A stretch of 63,249 nt of DNA, filler included, from Globobulimina sp. (lineage: Eukaryota): assembly GCA_003354225.1 (NCBI GenBank). It is 28 parts of 28 records of this genome, joined end to end, with 100 filler letters (N's around TTAATTAATTAA, not from the genome) between each part and the next. Parts side by side here need not be neighbours in the genome. Positions count along the whole stretch, not along the records: positions 11,319 to 13,481 come from PIVH01008515.1; positions 13,582 to 15,744 come from PIVH01008516.1; positions 15,845 to 18,007 come from PIVH01008517.1; positions 18,108 to 20,270 come from PIVH01008518.1; positions 20,371 to 22,533 come from PIVH01008519.1; positions 22,634 to 24,796 come from PIVH01008520.1; 22 more parts are not named here. One strand, 5' to 3'. Shown here one piece after another: positions 11,476 through 23,373 of this stretch; positions within the stretch are counted from its first letter, which is position 1, and the number at the start of each line of letters is the position of its first letter. The translations under genes and the position numbers were made by a program. Under the pieces are notes generated by a model that made no database searches, was not told the origin of the DNA, and saw nothing but the letters and a program-made list of their open reading frames with translations.

Positions 11476-12016
11476 AGATGTCGGTGTTGATAATGTATTG
11501 GCGTTTTATCCGATGGAATGGGAATGGGGATGCAAAGGGAAAGTTGTTTATATGGAGGAGATGCATCGGAGGGTGTTAGGCAGCGATAGGAAGTGCGAGA
11601 CTGTGCTGTATTGTGTATGGCCTGCGATAAGTCGAGGGAATGATATTTGTGGCAGTAATAAAATTGATGTTGTGGTCAAAGATGTATTTTATAGCAAAGT
11701 GAAGGAGAAAAAGCAGGCGGTGGTGTTGCATGATAATGATGCAAAAGTTGAGAATGATGTGATTGAAGAATGTGTTTCTGTTTTTGTGTCAGTCGAAAAC
11801 GATGCAATGGTTATGACTGAGTCTGACAATGTAAATATTGAAGTCGACGAAATGGATATTGTTGACAATGATGATGATAATCACGATGATGAACAGGAAA
11901 TGGATAATGAGGAGAATGATACAATAGGCATTGAGAATGATAATGAGGAGAATACAGTGCAAGAAGCCCACAATAACCATGGCGATGATTTATTGACAGA
12001 CCGTGACCATGTTTAA
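11476..12016 (+). CDS. C-terminal fragment of a eukaryotic protein with acidic tail (MIEAP-C-like VLYCVWPAI motif)
   Basis: ORF 11465-12016; VLYCVWPAISRG...KIDVVV, then D/E/N-rich tail; 5' end replaced by the neuB fragment. Confidence 0.45.
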
Positions 12017-12285
12017 CGTTAATTTGTTAATTTTAGCATTAGAATTAAAATTTAGAAACAAATGGCATTCTTGCAAGTGTAGTGTGTCGACTGTATAGAA
12101 CATGTCAACAAATTGTCAGTCTTGTCTCAAATTGTCAGTCTCTAGAAGACCAATGGACTCGTCGCTACAAATCATACCAAAGATATACCAATAATATAAC
12201 AACTAAATGAATTCAAAAAAATATGTGCTTTATCTGTTTAATTTTTATATGGAACACAGCAATACTTTTAGATTTGATGGCAATT

Positions 12286-13471
12286 TCAAATATTCAATCT
12301 TGTCTCTCCTAAATATGTGTTACAAACATTTTGCAAGTTAACTCTGACTGCTTTATCTTTGACAATATACAACGTTGTGGCCATTGAAGCATGAAAAAGT
12401 CCGAAACTCCATATTTTCCAATATACAGATTCTTCAAATTCATTATCATCATCATTCACAACTATTTCTTTTCCACCATTTGACTTATTATTTTGCTGCG
12501 ATATAATTTCTGTAAACATAAACAATGTAATTCCAGTTCCCATCACAGCGAATGCTTTATTCCAAGCAGCATTATCTTTATATCCATACAGATTAAGCGT
12601 TAAATTATAATGAAACGAGCAATTCATTGCAAACAATGCTGGGATGGATAACCAAAATCGATCTCTTCCTCCTAAAGGTTCATATATCATATAACGCAAA
12701 GCTTCGCCAGATGGACGACTCCAGTTTTTCCAAAATACTCTCAATGACTTTGATAAATAAACAAAATCATATGGTTCAATTACATCTATTTCGTCACTCC
12801 CACCAAAAATAAGCAAATGCAAATTGGACGGCACGTTTACTCCAAAAACAGTTATTGACAAAAGCAAACCTAAATAAATTGTTATTGTATAAATTCAATA
12901 AAAATTAGTAAATGTTACACAAAGTACTCTCACCTAATACTTCCATGTGAAGCATGACATTATTTTCAATCAATTCCTTTGGAATGAAACCTAACTCAAC
13001 GCATTTTGAGATACAATAACCAACACCAAATAACGCAGCGATTTTTAACAATCGTTTCATGGCTTTTTTTCTGGCATTTTTATTCTGTCTAAAATACACT
13101 TGTCCGGAACATAGAGATGAAATCAACGCTTTTTTATATGAATCGATTCCGTGTCGGATGAAGAATTGTTCTCCTCCAAATAGCGCAGATAATTGGTTTC
13201 CAAATAACATTGCAACAGACATATTCATTATTATCCAGTATGTGGATAAATTGCTATCTGTAATATATTGTGGCAATATTAATTTCCATTCTTTATAGCA
13301 TGACTGCAATATGTATCCACTGCCTCTGGCTATCGCAAAGCTAATGAACCAACGATATTTTAAATCTAATCTACGAATTTTATACGCTAACAGTACAGAA
13401 CAAGTTGATGATATATATGGCCAACAAAGAAGACCATATTTTCTGTAACTGTGATTGCCAGATCTAGACAT
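12286..13471 (-). CDS. Multi-pass membrane protein of unknown function, 2 exons
   Basis: Intron 12870-12933 joins ORFs 12905-13471 and 12286-12867 in frame (EVLG|LLLSITV). Confidence 0.65.
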
Positions 13472-13581
13472 TATTTTTTTTNNNNNNNNNNNNNNNNNNN
13501 NNNNNNNNNNNNNNNNNNNNNNNNNTTAATTAATTAANNNNNNNNNNNNNNNNNNNNNNNNNNNNNNNNNNNNNNNNNNNN

Positions 13582-14663
13582 GAATTCCAGAACCATTTGC
13601 AATTCCAACAGGGAGCAGTCGAATTAAATTTAGCTGCACCATAACCACAGTGGCTGCCACTGCAATGGATGGATTATATACTAATCCACTCAAAATTGTC
13701 ACCAATTCCCTCACAATCCATCCAGCGGATATTTGCACAGCGCCCGGCCATGACAAGCGCCAATAATCAAGCAAACCGAGTTTAGAACAAACAACATCGA
13801 ATGGCAACGGTTTAAAGATGAATGAATATCCTTTATATGATAATAAAAGTGCGGTCATAATGGTGCTAAACAATAACATTAGATCCAATACTATGGCACA
13901 ACCAATATAACCAAAATCAAACAATATCACAAACATATAATTTAAAGGGATGGACACAAAAAAACTGGTTGCTACAATCGCAAATAATTCAAAGTTATAC
14001 GATAAACTTTGTCCAACCCTTTGTAAAATGGCCAAAGTAACCATGAAATATGGAAACGGTAATAATGCCATGCAATAATTTGAAATGATTTCCATTGGAA
14101 CATTGCTGCATAAGTCAGCTGGTGAGCCAATGAAACATAGTACGTTTCCACCATAAAACAATAGCACAGATAATGGCAGTTCTACTAACATACATACTAT
14201 AAATGCACGTTGTACGTACACTGCAATCAGTTGCGTGTGATTTGAACCAACAGCCTGAGGTATTAATGTCCATAAACCTGCAGTATGTATGAGTTGATAA
14301 TCAGAAGGTTGTCATATATATATATAGATATCCAGATATAATATTACCTGAAGCAAACCCCCATGATACTCCAATTGCAGACATATTGGCGAATGAATAT
14401 GCCATTCCTGTGCCAGACAATATTTGTGATGCATTCGATAAATGGCCTAAGAATATGGCTGATATTGTTCCAATGCAAACTTCAAAGATAATGGATAGCC
14501 CGATTTGTAATGATAGTTTAAAAACGATATGTGCTTCTTTAAGGATAGACGTTTCAAAAACAAATATGTCTTTTTTATTGATTGTATGATATTCATTCTT
14601 GTTCACCAGCTTAGTTAATGGAGAAGTAATATTTACATCGAGTGGGGGTGTGGGTGTTGCCAT
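13582..14663 (-). CDS. MATE family transporter, 3'-partial
   Basis: Intron 14278-14347 gives GFASG|LWTLIPQAVGSN; FLGHL, YVQRAF, RLSWPG. Confidence 0.88.
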
Positions 14664-14854
14664 GAATTTTCAAGTTCGTGCACTTGCTTAGATGATGAAG
14701 GACATAGTTTAATTGACTACTGCCAACTAACTTTTTTTCTACTACTACTACTTAAATACTTGAAAAACACTCATCCCATTCCTCCCCTGACCAGATTATA
14801 AACTGAAAAAGTCATTTGAAAAATAGTCCTCCACAGTCCACATAGGAATTAGGT

Positions 14855-14936
14855 AAGCACCTAGCTCAATTGGTAGAGCATTGGTTTGAATGGAAAGCAA
14901 ACCAAATGGATGTAGGTTCGAATCCTACGGTGATGA
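14855..14936 (+). tRNA. tRNA-like element (pseudo-tRNA or tRNA-derived head); isotype unassignable
   Basis: A box/D arm TAGCTCAATTGGTAGAGC; T arm GTAGG-TTCGAAT-CCTAC; anticodon arm extended (TTGGTTTG/CAAACCAA, 9-nt loop); acceptor stem only 4-5 of 7 pairs. Confidence 0.7.
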
Positions 14937-15440
14937 GATGGATATGGAATGGATGAATGGAGTCTATTATTATTAAATAGATACGAGCCTCTGCTATGAC
15001 ACGCATGCTCCACAAATACAACAATAAAATTAATTATGTAGCGTGAAAATGCAGTATATCAAACTGCATCTTTATCACGTTGCATTATACAAATTATGGT
15101 GGATTGGATGGATTAATTGGATTTGTTTGTGCCGCATTAGAGAGAGAGAGATGCGGCGCAAAGTTGATTGGATAGCAAATAATTATTGGATTATTACGAT
15201 GATGGCCTAGCACATAGCCATCATCACCACAACTAACAACACAAAATTTGAAAAATTGAAAAAAAGAAAGAAAAGAGGGTGGTCTCGGATGACCACGAAC
15301 TAAATGAAAAAAAGAAAAAATTGGAAAAAAAAGAAGTAAAGAATTGGTGGTGACAAGTCACCACGGATTGAATAGGAAAATTGAAAAGAAAAAGAAAGAA
15401 AAAAAGGATTTATGGTGCAATTTAAAAGTTATTTTTTTTT
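14855..15440 (+). ncRNA. Candidate long Pol III structured RNA (tRNA-like head, hairpin array, oligo-T end)
   Basis: Hairpins at 15036-15085, 15126-15162, 15198-15225, 15279-15296, 15347-15364; no TTTT on + strand until T9 at 15432-15440. Confidence 0.5.
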
Positions 15441-15844
15441 GTGTTTTTTTTCGGTGCTTTTTTTTAACCGAATATTATGTTAATATACAAACCGTAGCAC
15501 ATACTGGTCTTCGAAGCGCAATAAAACGCAACCATACAGCCGGGAAAAATGTGCCTAAAAAGACGTTAATGATGATGTCTACCCATGCCACTGAGCAGCA
15601 CTATGACCAATACTTGGATGGGACGACCAGTCTGTATGCAATGTATAGCCAACCACTGTGTTTAACAATTTATTCGGCGTAAATGCGTGATGACAGCATT
15701 CGTGAGCAATGACCCAAACACCCGTAAAAAACGCACATGGACATNNNNNNNNNNNNNNNNNNNNNNNNNNNNNNNNNNNNNNNNNNNNTTAATTAATTAA
15801 NNNNNNNNNNNNNNNNNNNNNNNNNNNNNNNNNNNNNNNNNNNN

Positions 15845-17147
15845 AATATTTATGTTAATTTCTTCATTGTCACTGTGACTTTCTTGCGTTGACGTTACTT
15901 TCTGTTTATTTTTCTTTTTGTGTACATGTTTCCTCTTCTTTTTGGGCGAAAATGTAGCAGATTGCGGTCGAGTTAGTTCCATTTCTTCTTTTTTTTTGTG
16001 ATAATGATGGCGTGGTCTGGCAGTGGCAGATAATGGACGGGGTAAATCACCAAAGGATGAACTTCTGCGTCGTCTGTGTTTGCCATTGATTCCAAAATCA
16101 GTGAAGAAATTTCTATCCGCTTCCTCTTCTTCGCTGGTGTACGATGTATGACTTTGTGATATGGAAAAACCCTTTCTTCTCTGTGCAGAATTTATCTATT
16201 TATAATGATGTATGTATGTATATATTGTGTATATACTGCATATAAATATATATATTAACCGGAGATGATGATAGATTACGCTCAGTGCCATCAAAAAAGG
16301 CCCATCCATTCATAGTTATAGAAGCGGGTCTTTTCACTGTGATTGTCTTGTTTTTATGCTTTGGGGACAGTATGTTTTTATTGGTTCGTTCTGAATTATA
16401 TGAATTTAAATGTTTTTGTTTTGAGACAATGGATTCTGGCGAAAAAATAGCCTCATCATCGGATAATATCTGATTTAAATTCTTTGGTAATGATTTGGAT
16501 GGCAATGTATCCATTTTTGTGATTGGTATCTCAATGTTTTGGGTTAATTTTGTGTCTTTTGAGTGCGATTGTAATGTTTGTGCGATTAGTGATGGTTTTT
16601 GTTTGTCATTGTTGATTTTTTTGTATTTTCTATATGTTTTTGGGGGTAAACTAATCTTCAAATTTGGCGTTATATCTTTTGTAGGAGTGGTAGCTGCGGA
16701 GTTGGCCACAGTTTTTTGTTTTGGTTTTGGTGCTTTTTTATGTGGTTCGGATTGCTGTCGATGTAATTTTAATGTTAATTTTTGTTTGGGGTTGTTTTGT
16801 TTAATGTGGTTTTGTTGGATTTTATAATTATGTTTTTTGGGGGGATTTGTGCGATGTATATCATTGGTTCTAATCTCATTAAATTTAGTTTTTTGTGGGA
16901 ATGTATTATTATTATTATTATTAAATTTATAATGAACCAATTCAACTCGAGATATTTGTGTCAAATGAATTGAACCTTTGGCTTTATTGCGTGATTTGGA
17001 ATGTTTTTCTTTTTCAAAGTAACTGATGGTGCGATCATCAAATAATACAAAGTATCTTTTTTTCCATGCTCGATTATAGACTCCTTTTTTATATAAATAT
17101 CCTCCGTGAATACAATGACTATCCAGTTGAGAATGTAAGTTTGCCAT
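15845..17147 (-). CDS. PH-domain protein, 3'-partial
   Basis: GYLYKKGVYNRAWKKRYFVL...YF...KGSIHL; intron 16196-16259 continues frame to contig edge. Confidence 0.85.
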
Positions 17148-17409
17148 TTTATTACAGTGTTACTTGAAAAGTTTTGGAAGCGATCTGATGCCGGAAACGT
17201 TCATTCAAAAAATAAACCGCAAGGAATACAAACGATAATACCATATACAAAATCAATGATTTCAATCTGAATCCATGTACAAGCGGAACACAGAGAAAAT
17301 AAATTTAAATAAATCTGAAAGATTAACGTTATACTAGAAAAACAGAGACAACTTTTCAACTTAAATGAATAGATTACAATATATATTTTATATAAACACT
17401 AACAATAAT

Positions 17410-18007
17410 TTATTTTTTAAACAACCGATGTTTCATAGTTTGCCATACCATGGGATGCTTATTCTTCATATGATTGTTTTGTTGCCGTCGCGTCTTAAAT
17501 GACGTATTGCATATTGTACACACAAATGGTTTTTGTGCATCGTGAATTCTTTTATGTATAATCATCTCCGATTTGGCAGCAAATGCTTTAAAACATACGT
17601 TGCATTTATAAACTTTCTCCCTTTTATGTATCATCACAGAAATACATTAAATCAAATCCATAAACAAATTAACAAAAGAGATTGAATTAAAGACGTTACC
17701 TATTTGTTCCCTTTTGTCTCATAGGAGATATGAAGGACTTTCTCGTTTTTCTCATAGGAGATATTGGAGTTATTGGGGTGACTGGAGACTGTGTTGTCGA
17801 TGACTTTGTCCCTTTATATTTAATAGGAGTCACCGGGTTTGGTGCGGGTGTTGGTGACAATATTATTTGTGGATTTTGGAGGATGTTCAATAAATTGTTT
17901 ACTTCTGAATCAGTCATAGCATTCATATTAACATTCAGAGTGTTGTTAGAATTCAGATTGTTACTGTCATTTGGTAGTGATGGTAATGGGAAAACAGATT
18001 GTTGCGA
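17410..18007 (-). CDS. C2H2 zinc-finger protein, 5'-partial
   Basis: Intron 17621-17699; YKCNVCFKAF...HKRIH and FVCTICNTSF...HMKNKH. Confidence 0.85.
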
Positions 18008-18107
18008 NNNNNNNNNNNNNNNNNNNNNNNNNNNNNNNNNNNNNNNNNNNNTTAATTAATTAANNNNNNNNNNNNNNNNNNNNNNNNNNNNNNNNNNNNN
18101 NNNNNNN

Positions 18108-20201
18108 AAAAAAGGTATGTTGTCACAGAATATAACGGAGAGATTGACTGTTACTGAATGTTTGCGACATGAATGGATTGTAAATGGCGGGACCGATGAA
18201 ATGATATTAAAGCAAACCGTCATTGCGTCGCTAAACAATTTTGTGGGAACGCTTAAATTTAAAGCATTAATCACCAAATTATTTACAAAAAAAATCAATT
18301 TATCGAGCTATTCAAATATATTGCAAGTTTTTAAGAAGTATGACGTTGAAAACGACGGTGAAATCACATTGAAAGCATTCCGAGAGGGCATAAAAGAAGC
18401 TTTTACTGACGTAAATGATGAGGAATTGCATGAAATATTCAACAATTTGGATGTAAATGATTCGCGAAGCCTTTGTATCGATGAATTAATAATAAACTGT
18501 ACTTTGAATGCGTTGGTTTGTGTGGATGAGGAAATGCATCGATCATTTTGCGAATTGGATAAAAATGAAAATGGTTTGATTGGAATGAATCAACTAAAAA
18601 AAGTCATAAATGAGTTACAATGCTATGATGAAAAATATATTGAAAATATTGATGTCATAATCAAGGAGTTGGAGACCGATGTGAGTGAGTCAGGAGAGCT
18701 GAATATTAATTATGAAGAATTTCTATGTTCCGTACATCCTCAATATAAATATAATTATAATGAAAAGCTTAAGCTTGAGTTAGATATTGCTGATAATGTC
18801 GAATTTATGAATAAAAAAAGCAAAAATCGCAATATCAAAAAAATAGTGAGAAATATGATGACAATAAATATAAATGCAAAAGGAAAAAATGATGAAAAAG
18901 AAGAAATAATAATTAATGATTCAAGCTTTGGAATGAGATTTAATTACATTGATGTTAATGATGTCAATTATGTTAAAGCAAAACATGCATCGTTGAAAGA
19001 AGAAATTTTATGTGATTTAGCATTGGATCATTACGAATATTGTTTGTTAAAAGTAGATTATTTTATGGATAGCAAATCTGTTAAAAATATGCAAAGTAAA
19101 ATCAATTATAATATAATCTCAATGAGTGATACAATAACATTGCAACATATATTGGCAGTGATACTTTACTGTGATTATGATTTGTTGCATAGCAATGTTG
19201 CAAAGACATTTTATAAATTATCAGAAAAAGAAAGTTTTGAATCAGTTGCTGGGAGAAACAGTGCATATCATCATTTTTGTAAATTATTATCTGAATCAGT
19301 CAACGAATTTGGTTCAATTTGTAATGAGAATTATTATCATTGCATTATGAATGATGTTATGTTTAATCAATTTAATGTGAATATGTGTGCAATAATATCC
19401 GTCACAAAACAGATAGAAATTGCAGTTAATTGCATTGCCGATATGCGTGATGAGAGTAACAATCACAACAACAATGGAATGGTAATGGAATTATCCGCCG
19501 CAAACAAATATGTTTCCGGATTTAATTGCAATTTTTTGAGTTTTTTTAGTTATGAAAATGAAATTATATTATTTGGTGCAAATGCTTCAAACACGTTACA
19601 CATCGAATCAATTTCAATGTTATTAAATGGCAAATGGCAAAATTACGGTAAAATTATTCATTCCATCAACATTTATAAAAATGCATTAAATGGAAAAAAG
19701 ATAACTGAGAATAGTGATATTAATGAGTGTGTTTTCGACACAGTAAAAAAATTAATTGAATGTGAATTAGATAATGAGAATCATACATTGTTTATACATA
19801 AATATTTTCATTTGTGCTGCATAAAAACGACTAAAATAGTAATTGATTTAAAATATATTTTTGAATTTTATGCAGGTTTCGGTGCTAATTTAATATCGTC
19901 AGTAAATAATGAATTATTGCGATTTAATGAAATTGTAAAATTATATCCAAATTGTAAATATATAATAACCCAAAAAGACAATGGAAAAACAGCGATATTA
20001 ATTTCAAGTCAATATTTTAATCAATTATTATTAATGATGGACGAAATAAATAAGTATTCCAACTTAAAAGTAATAAATATAATCAATCCAAATACAAAAT
20101 GTTCAAAAAATAAATATATACATTTTAGAGATAAATTTAAACAAAAACAATGGATAATAAATAATGAGCATCCAGCTCTTCTATCAATTTGTAAACAATG
20201 A
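18108..20201 (+). CDS. Calcium-dependent protein kinase C-terminus (kinase end, 4 EF hands) fused to an ADP-ribosyltransferase-like domain; 5'-partial
   Basis: RLTVTECLRHEWI (subdomain XI); EF hands DVENDGEITLKAF, DVNDSRSLCIDEL, DKNENGLIGMNQL, INYEEF; then ILAVILYCDY...YYHC...ISVTK...GMVMEL...LSFFSYENEIILFG. Confidence 0.75.
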   Translation, partial: KKGMLSQNITERLTVTECLRHEWIVNGGTDEMILKQTVIASLNNFVGTLKFKALITKLFTKKINLSSYSNILQVFKKYDVENDGEITLKAFREGIKEAFTDVNDEELHEIFNNLDVNDSRSLCIDELIINCTLNALVCVDEEMHRSFCELDKNENGLIGMNQLKKVINELQCYDEKYIENIDVIIKELETDVSESGELNINYEEFLCSVHPQYKYNYNEKLKLELDIADNVEFMNKKSKNRNIKKIVRNMMTININAKGKNDEKEEIIINDSSFGMRFNYIDVNDVNYVKAKHASLKEEILCDLALDHYEYCLLKVDYFMDSKSVKNMQSKINYNIISMSDTITLQHILAVILYCDYDLLHSNVAKTFYKLSEKESFESVAGRNSAYHHFCKLLSESVNEFGSICNENYYHCIMNDVMFNQFNVNMCAIISVTKQIEIAVNCIADMRDESNNHNNNGMVMELSAANKYVSGFNCNFLSFFSYENEIILFGANASNTLHIESISMLLNGKWQNYGKIIHSINIYKNALNGKKITENSDINECVFDTVKKLIECELDNENHTLFIHKYFHLCCIKTTKIVIDLKYIFEFYAGFGANLISSVNNELLRFNEIVKLYPNCKYIITQKDNGKTAILISSQYFNQLLLMMDEINKYSNLKVINIINPNTKCSKNKYIHFRDKFKQKQWIINNEHPALLSICKQ

Positions 20202-20370
20202 ATAATACTTATAATAATACTGTTGTGTGAATTTATGAGTTGATATTTATTGTATAGTTTGAAAAACTCTNNNNNNNNNNNNNNNNNNNNNNNNNNNNNN
20301 NNNNNNNNNNNNNNTTAATTAATTAANNNNNNNNNNNNNNNNNNNNNNNNNNNNNNNNNNNNNNNNNNNN

Positions 20371-20797
20371 CGGTGTATGGGATTATTCAGAGAGTCATGG
20401 CAATGTTGGCATGTTAAAGATTGAAATTAACGGAATAAATAATGGTAATTATATTGCGTCATATTTTCAAATTGCATTAAAAAATTGGATTGCAATACTA
20501 ACGGATATCAGTCAATGTGATGTAAAATTGGTAAATTATAACTATAATAATGATACAATAAGCGTAAAAAGTGATATTTATTATTATTCTTCAGATAAAA
20601 CATGGAGTGATGTTTCTACGGCGCAATCAAAAATTGTGTTTAATAAATTATTTGATGAACAAAATTCAATTCAAATTCAAGAAGTAAAAGTATCTGACGG
20701 CACCCACTCAAATAATATTAGTGCAGCTAGAAAAGTCGAACATGCCTATTCTTCATTATTTATATTGGTCTGCGCCATCGTAAACTTGTTGCTTTAG
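20371..20797 (+). CDS. C-terminal part of a probable GPI-anchored or surface protein
   Basis: Open frame ending in small residues and a hydrophobic tail (SAARK...LFILVCAIVNLLL*). Confidence 0.45.
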
Positions 20798-20960
20798 TTT
20801 GGACTATTTTTATTATTTTATTTTTTTCTCGCCTTTTTTTCTTACTCTTTCATTTCATTTTTTCTTTTCTTTTTATTCCAAAGATATATAATTATGATTA
20901 ATGATTTTGTTTGTACTGATAAATAATCACAGTGAGGTATTAAAAAAAAACACGCACACA

Positions 20961-22449
20961 ATGATCATGTTGCTGTTAGCAGTTACCACCTCATTATATT
21001 CAGTATCCGCTCATATGGGATGCGGAACAGATCGACACAAACCTCGTGTTGTTCAGAATATGAATATAAAACCCAAGAACATGCAGAAACCTTCAATCCT
21101 TGAAGGCAGAGCCCAAGAACCAGACAATTCAGGAACATATGATAATATACGCATTACATGGGACACATCTCAATTGGAATCTGATTGGAGCGGCTACGAT
21201 GAACTACCCATTTTCGTAGACAATGCAATACCTGCTGCGTATGAATGGTTGCAAAATGTAATTTCAGTGAGACCAGGTACTGTATATACCCCTTTCCTTC
21301 TGCAGGTGCAAGGATATATACTCAGTAACTATCAATTCTATTCTATTGCACAGTGGATGGTCCGTTAACCTTCGATGTTTGCAACAGAAAGTCTGGAGGA
21401 ATTTTCATCAGTGGAGGCCCTAATGATGGCAAATGTGTGTTTCCTGAGTCGGACTGGCAAAGCTGTGGTGATACCGGCGCGACTATACCAGCGGACATGT
21501 TTGATGAAGAAGAAATTTGTGTAGAGGGGGTTTGTGCCACCACGCCTGACTACCCACAAGGAGCTGGTATGGACAATACCGATTTAATGATATATTTTAC
21601 TGGCGACGCAAGCAAGGATTACACCACAGACTGTGACGGTGCTGCCGGCTATGCTGGACCCTGTCATTCAAACTCACGAAACCGTCCAATTGCTGGATAT
21701 ATTAATTTATGCAGATATTCCATCGATAAGATGTCCATCAACTGGGAAGAAAGAATTGCATTAGTTATTCATGAGTCATTTCATATTTTAGGTTTTATAT
21801 CGGATGCATTTGACAAATTTATCTATGAAAATGGCTCTCTTCGAACCGATGTCTATCAACAAATTACTAAACGTGGCAAGTTACGCGCAGTTATAACATT
21901 GCCGACTGTGGTTGAGAAAGCAAAAGAATTTTTTGGTTGCAGTAGCATGGATGGTATAGAATTAGAGGATTATAAGCAATACGCTGGCGAAGTATCCTCG
22001 CATTGGGAGAATCGGATCGTTCTTAATGATGTTATGATAGCGTACCTGCCCCAAGCACCTTCATATGGTATATTCACGCTAGCAGTGTTAGAAGATAGTG
22101 GCTGGTATAACATTGATTGGAAATATGCGCAGGAGCCTCCCCAAGGTTTGTTTATTTGAAAACTTTTGTGTGTTGCTGTTTCTCAAATCATAATATGATA
22201 AAAGGTCGAGGGCATGGATGTGATTGGTATGACAATAAATGTATAGTGGATGGTACGAGCATTGATGAGAATGTATTCTGTGCGGAAGCGAATAACCATT
22301 CATGTGGTTCAAACTATGTTGGTCACCATTCTTGTGCCATATTGTCGTATAACACTATGTTGTATTCGTGGAACAAGGGTTTTAAGTTGGTGACTAATAT
22401 TATATCGTTTCTATATTTGTTTACATTTACAGTTTACTTTAAGTTTTAA
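20961..22449 (+). CDS. Leishmanolysin/GP63 metallopeptidase (family M8); 3' end uncertain
   Basis: Signal peptide; RPIAGYINLC; HESFHILGF; GIELED; SHWE; LEDSGWY; introns 21277-21353 and 22146-22204. Confidence 0.9.
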
Positions 22450-22633
22450 GTTTTTTAAGTTTTAGTTCTTTTTTGTTTTAAATACAGTCTCGACACAGAA
22501 ACACTAAAAGTATATTAGCAAAGTATATTAACGNNNNNNNNNNNNNNNNNNNNNNNNNNNNNNNNNNNNNNNNNNNNTTAATTAATTAANNNNNNNNNNN
22601 NNNNNNNNNNNNNNNNNNNNNNNNNNNNNNNNN

Positions 22634-23327
22634 TTCGTTTGCTTGCTTTATAAGCATTTTGTAAGCGTTTGTATATTCTTTTATAGCCATCAGATTCATG
22701 TTGTGACTTTGCTTGAAATTCAGTGTAAATGTTCCTAAAATCATTTAACTGAGATAATGAATGAACAGCTTTGAAAGTGTGATCGGTGATGGCTTGTTTT
22801 TTAATTTGATCCGCAGCAATTACCTCTGACCATAGTATCAAATCAGTCAATGCGGCTTTTGTTTGAGAATGAGCATACTTTATTTCACCATTCAATTGCG
22901 ATTCTCGTACGTTTAATTGCTGAGGAAGCCAATAAATAATCGAAAGATCATTATTTTGAATTGTGACTAATTCTTTTTGTAATTTCAATGTTGTTTCTGG
23001 ATTGTTATCTTGTGTTAAATAATAATTAATAACATCTGGCTTTGATTGTTGTGATTCTCTCCAAATTTGATCTAACAATTCATCGCCAGCACTTGATGTA
23101 AGTGGCTTGTTTTGTTTTTGTTTCCTTGCGCCACCTTTCGTTGATAGAACATTTCGTCGCAACAAATCTTTTGGTTGATTGGTTAACGTTTGATTTACGG
23201 TGAGATTAGATGTTGATTTGTGTGTTGGAGTTGAAGTTGGTGGTTGAGGATTGTTGGCGTATCTGCCGGCTGTACAACTAACTATCAATGTAATCAATGA
23301 TGTTATCAGTGGATATTGAAGAGCCAT
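22634..23327 (-). CDS. Hypothetical protein with N-terminal signal/anchor, 3'-partial
   Basis: Open frame from MALQYPLITSLITLIVSC to contig edge. Confidence 0.55.
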
Positions 23328-23373
23328 GCTCAATAAATATCTAATATCCACAAGTAATATAAATCCTAGCATC

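Noticed and set aside
15451-15465. TCGGTGCTTTTTTTT resembling the 3' end of the Cas9 tracrRNA
   Set aside because: Only 7 informative bases plus a T-run; no anti-repeat, cas gene or array
15344-15682. 112-aa ORF overlapping the hairpin array
   Set aside because: TTG start and poly-K/poly-F from homopolymer runs; no protein-like features
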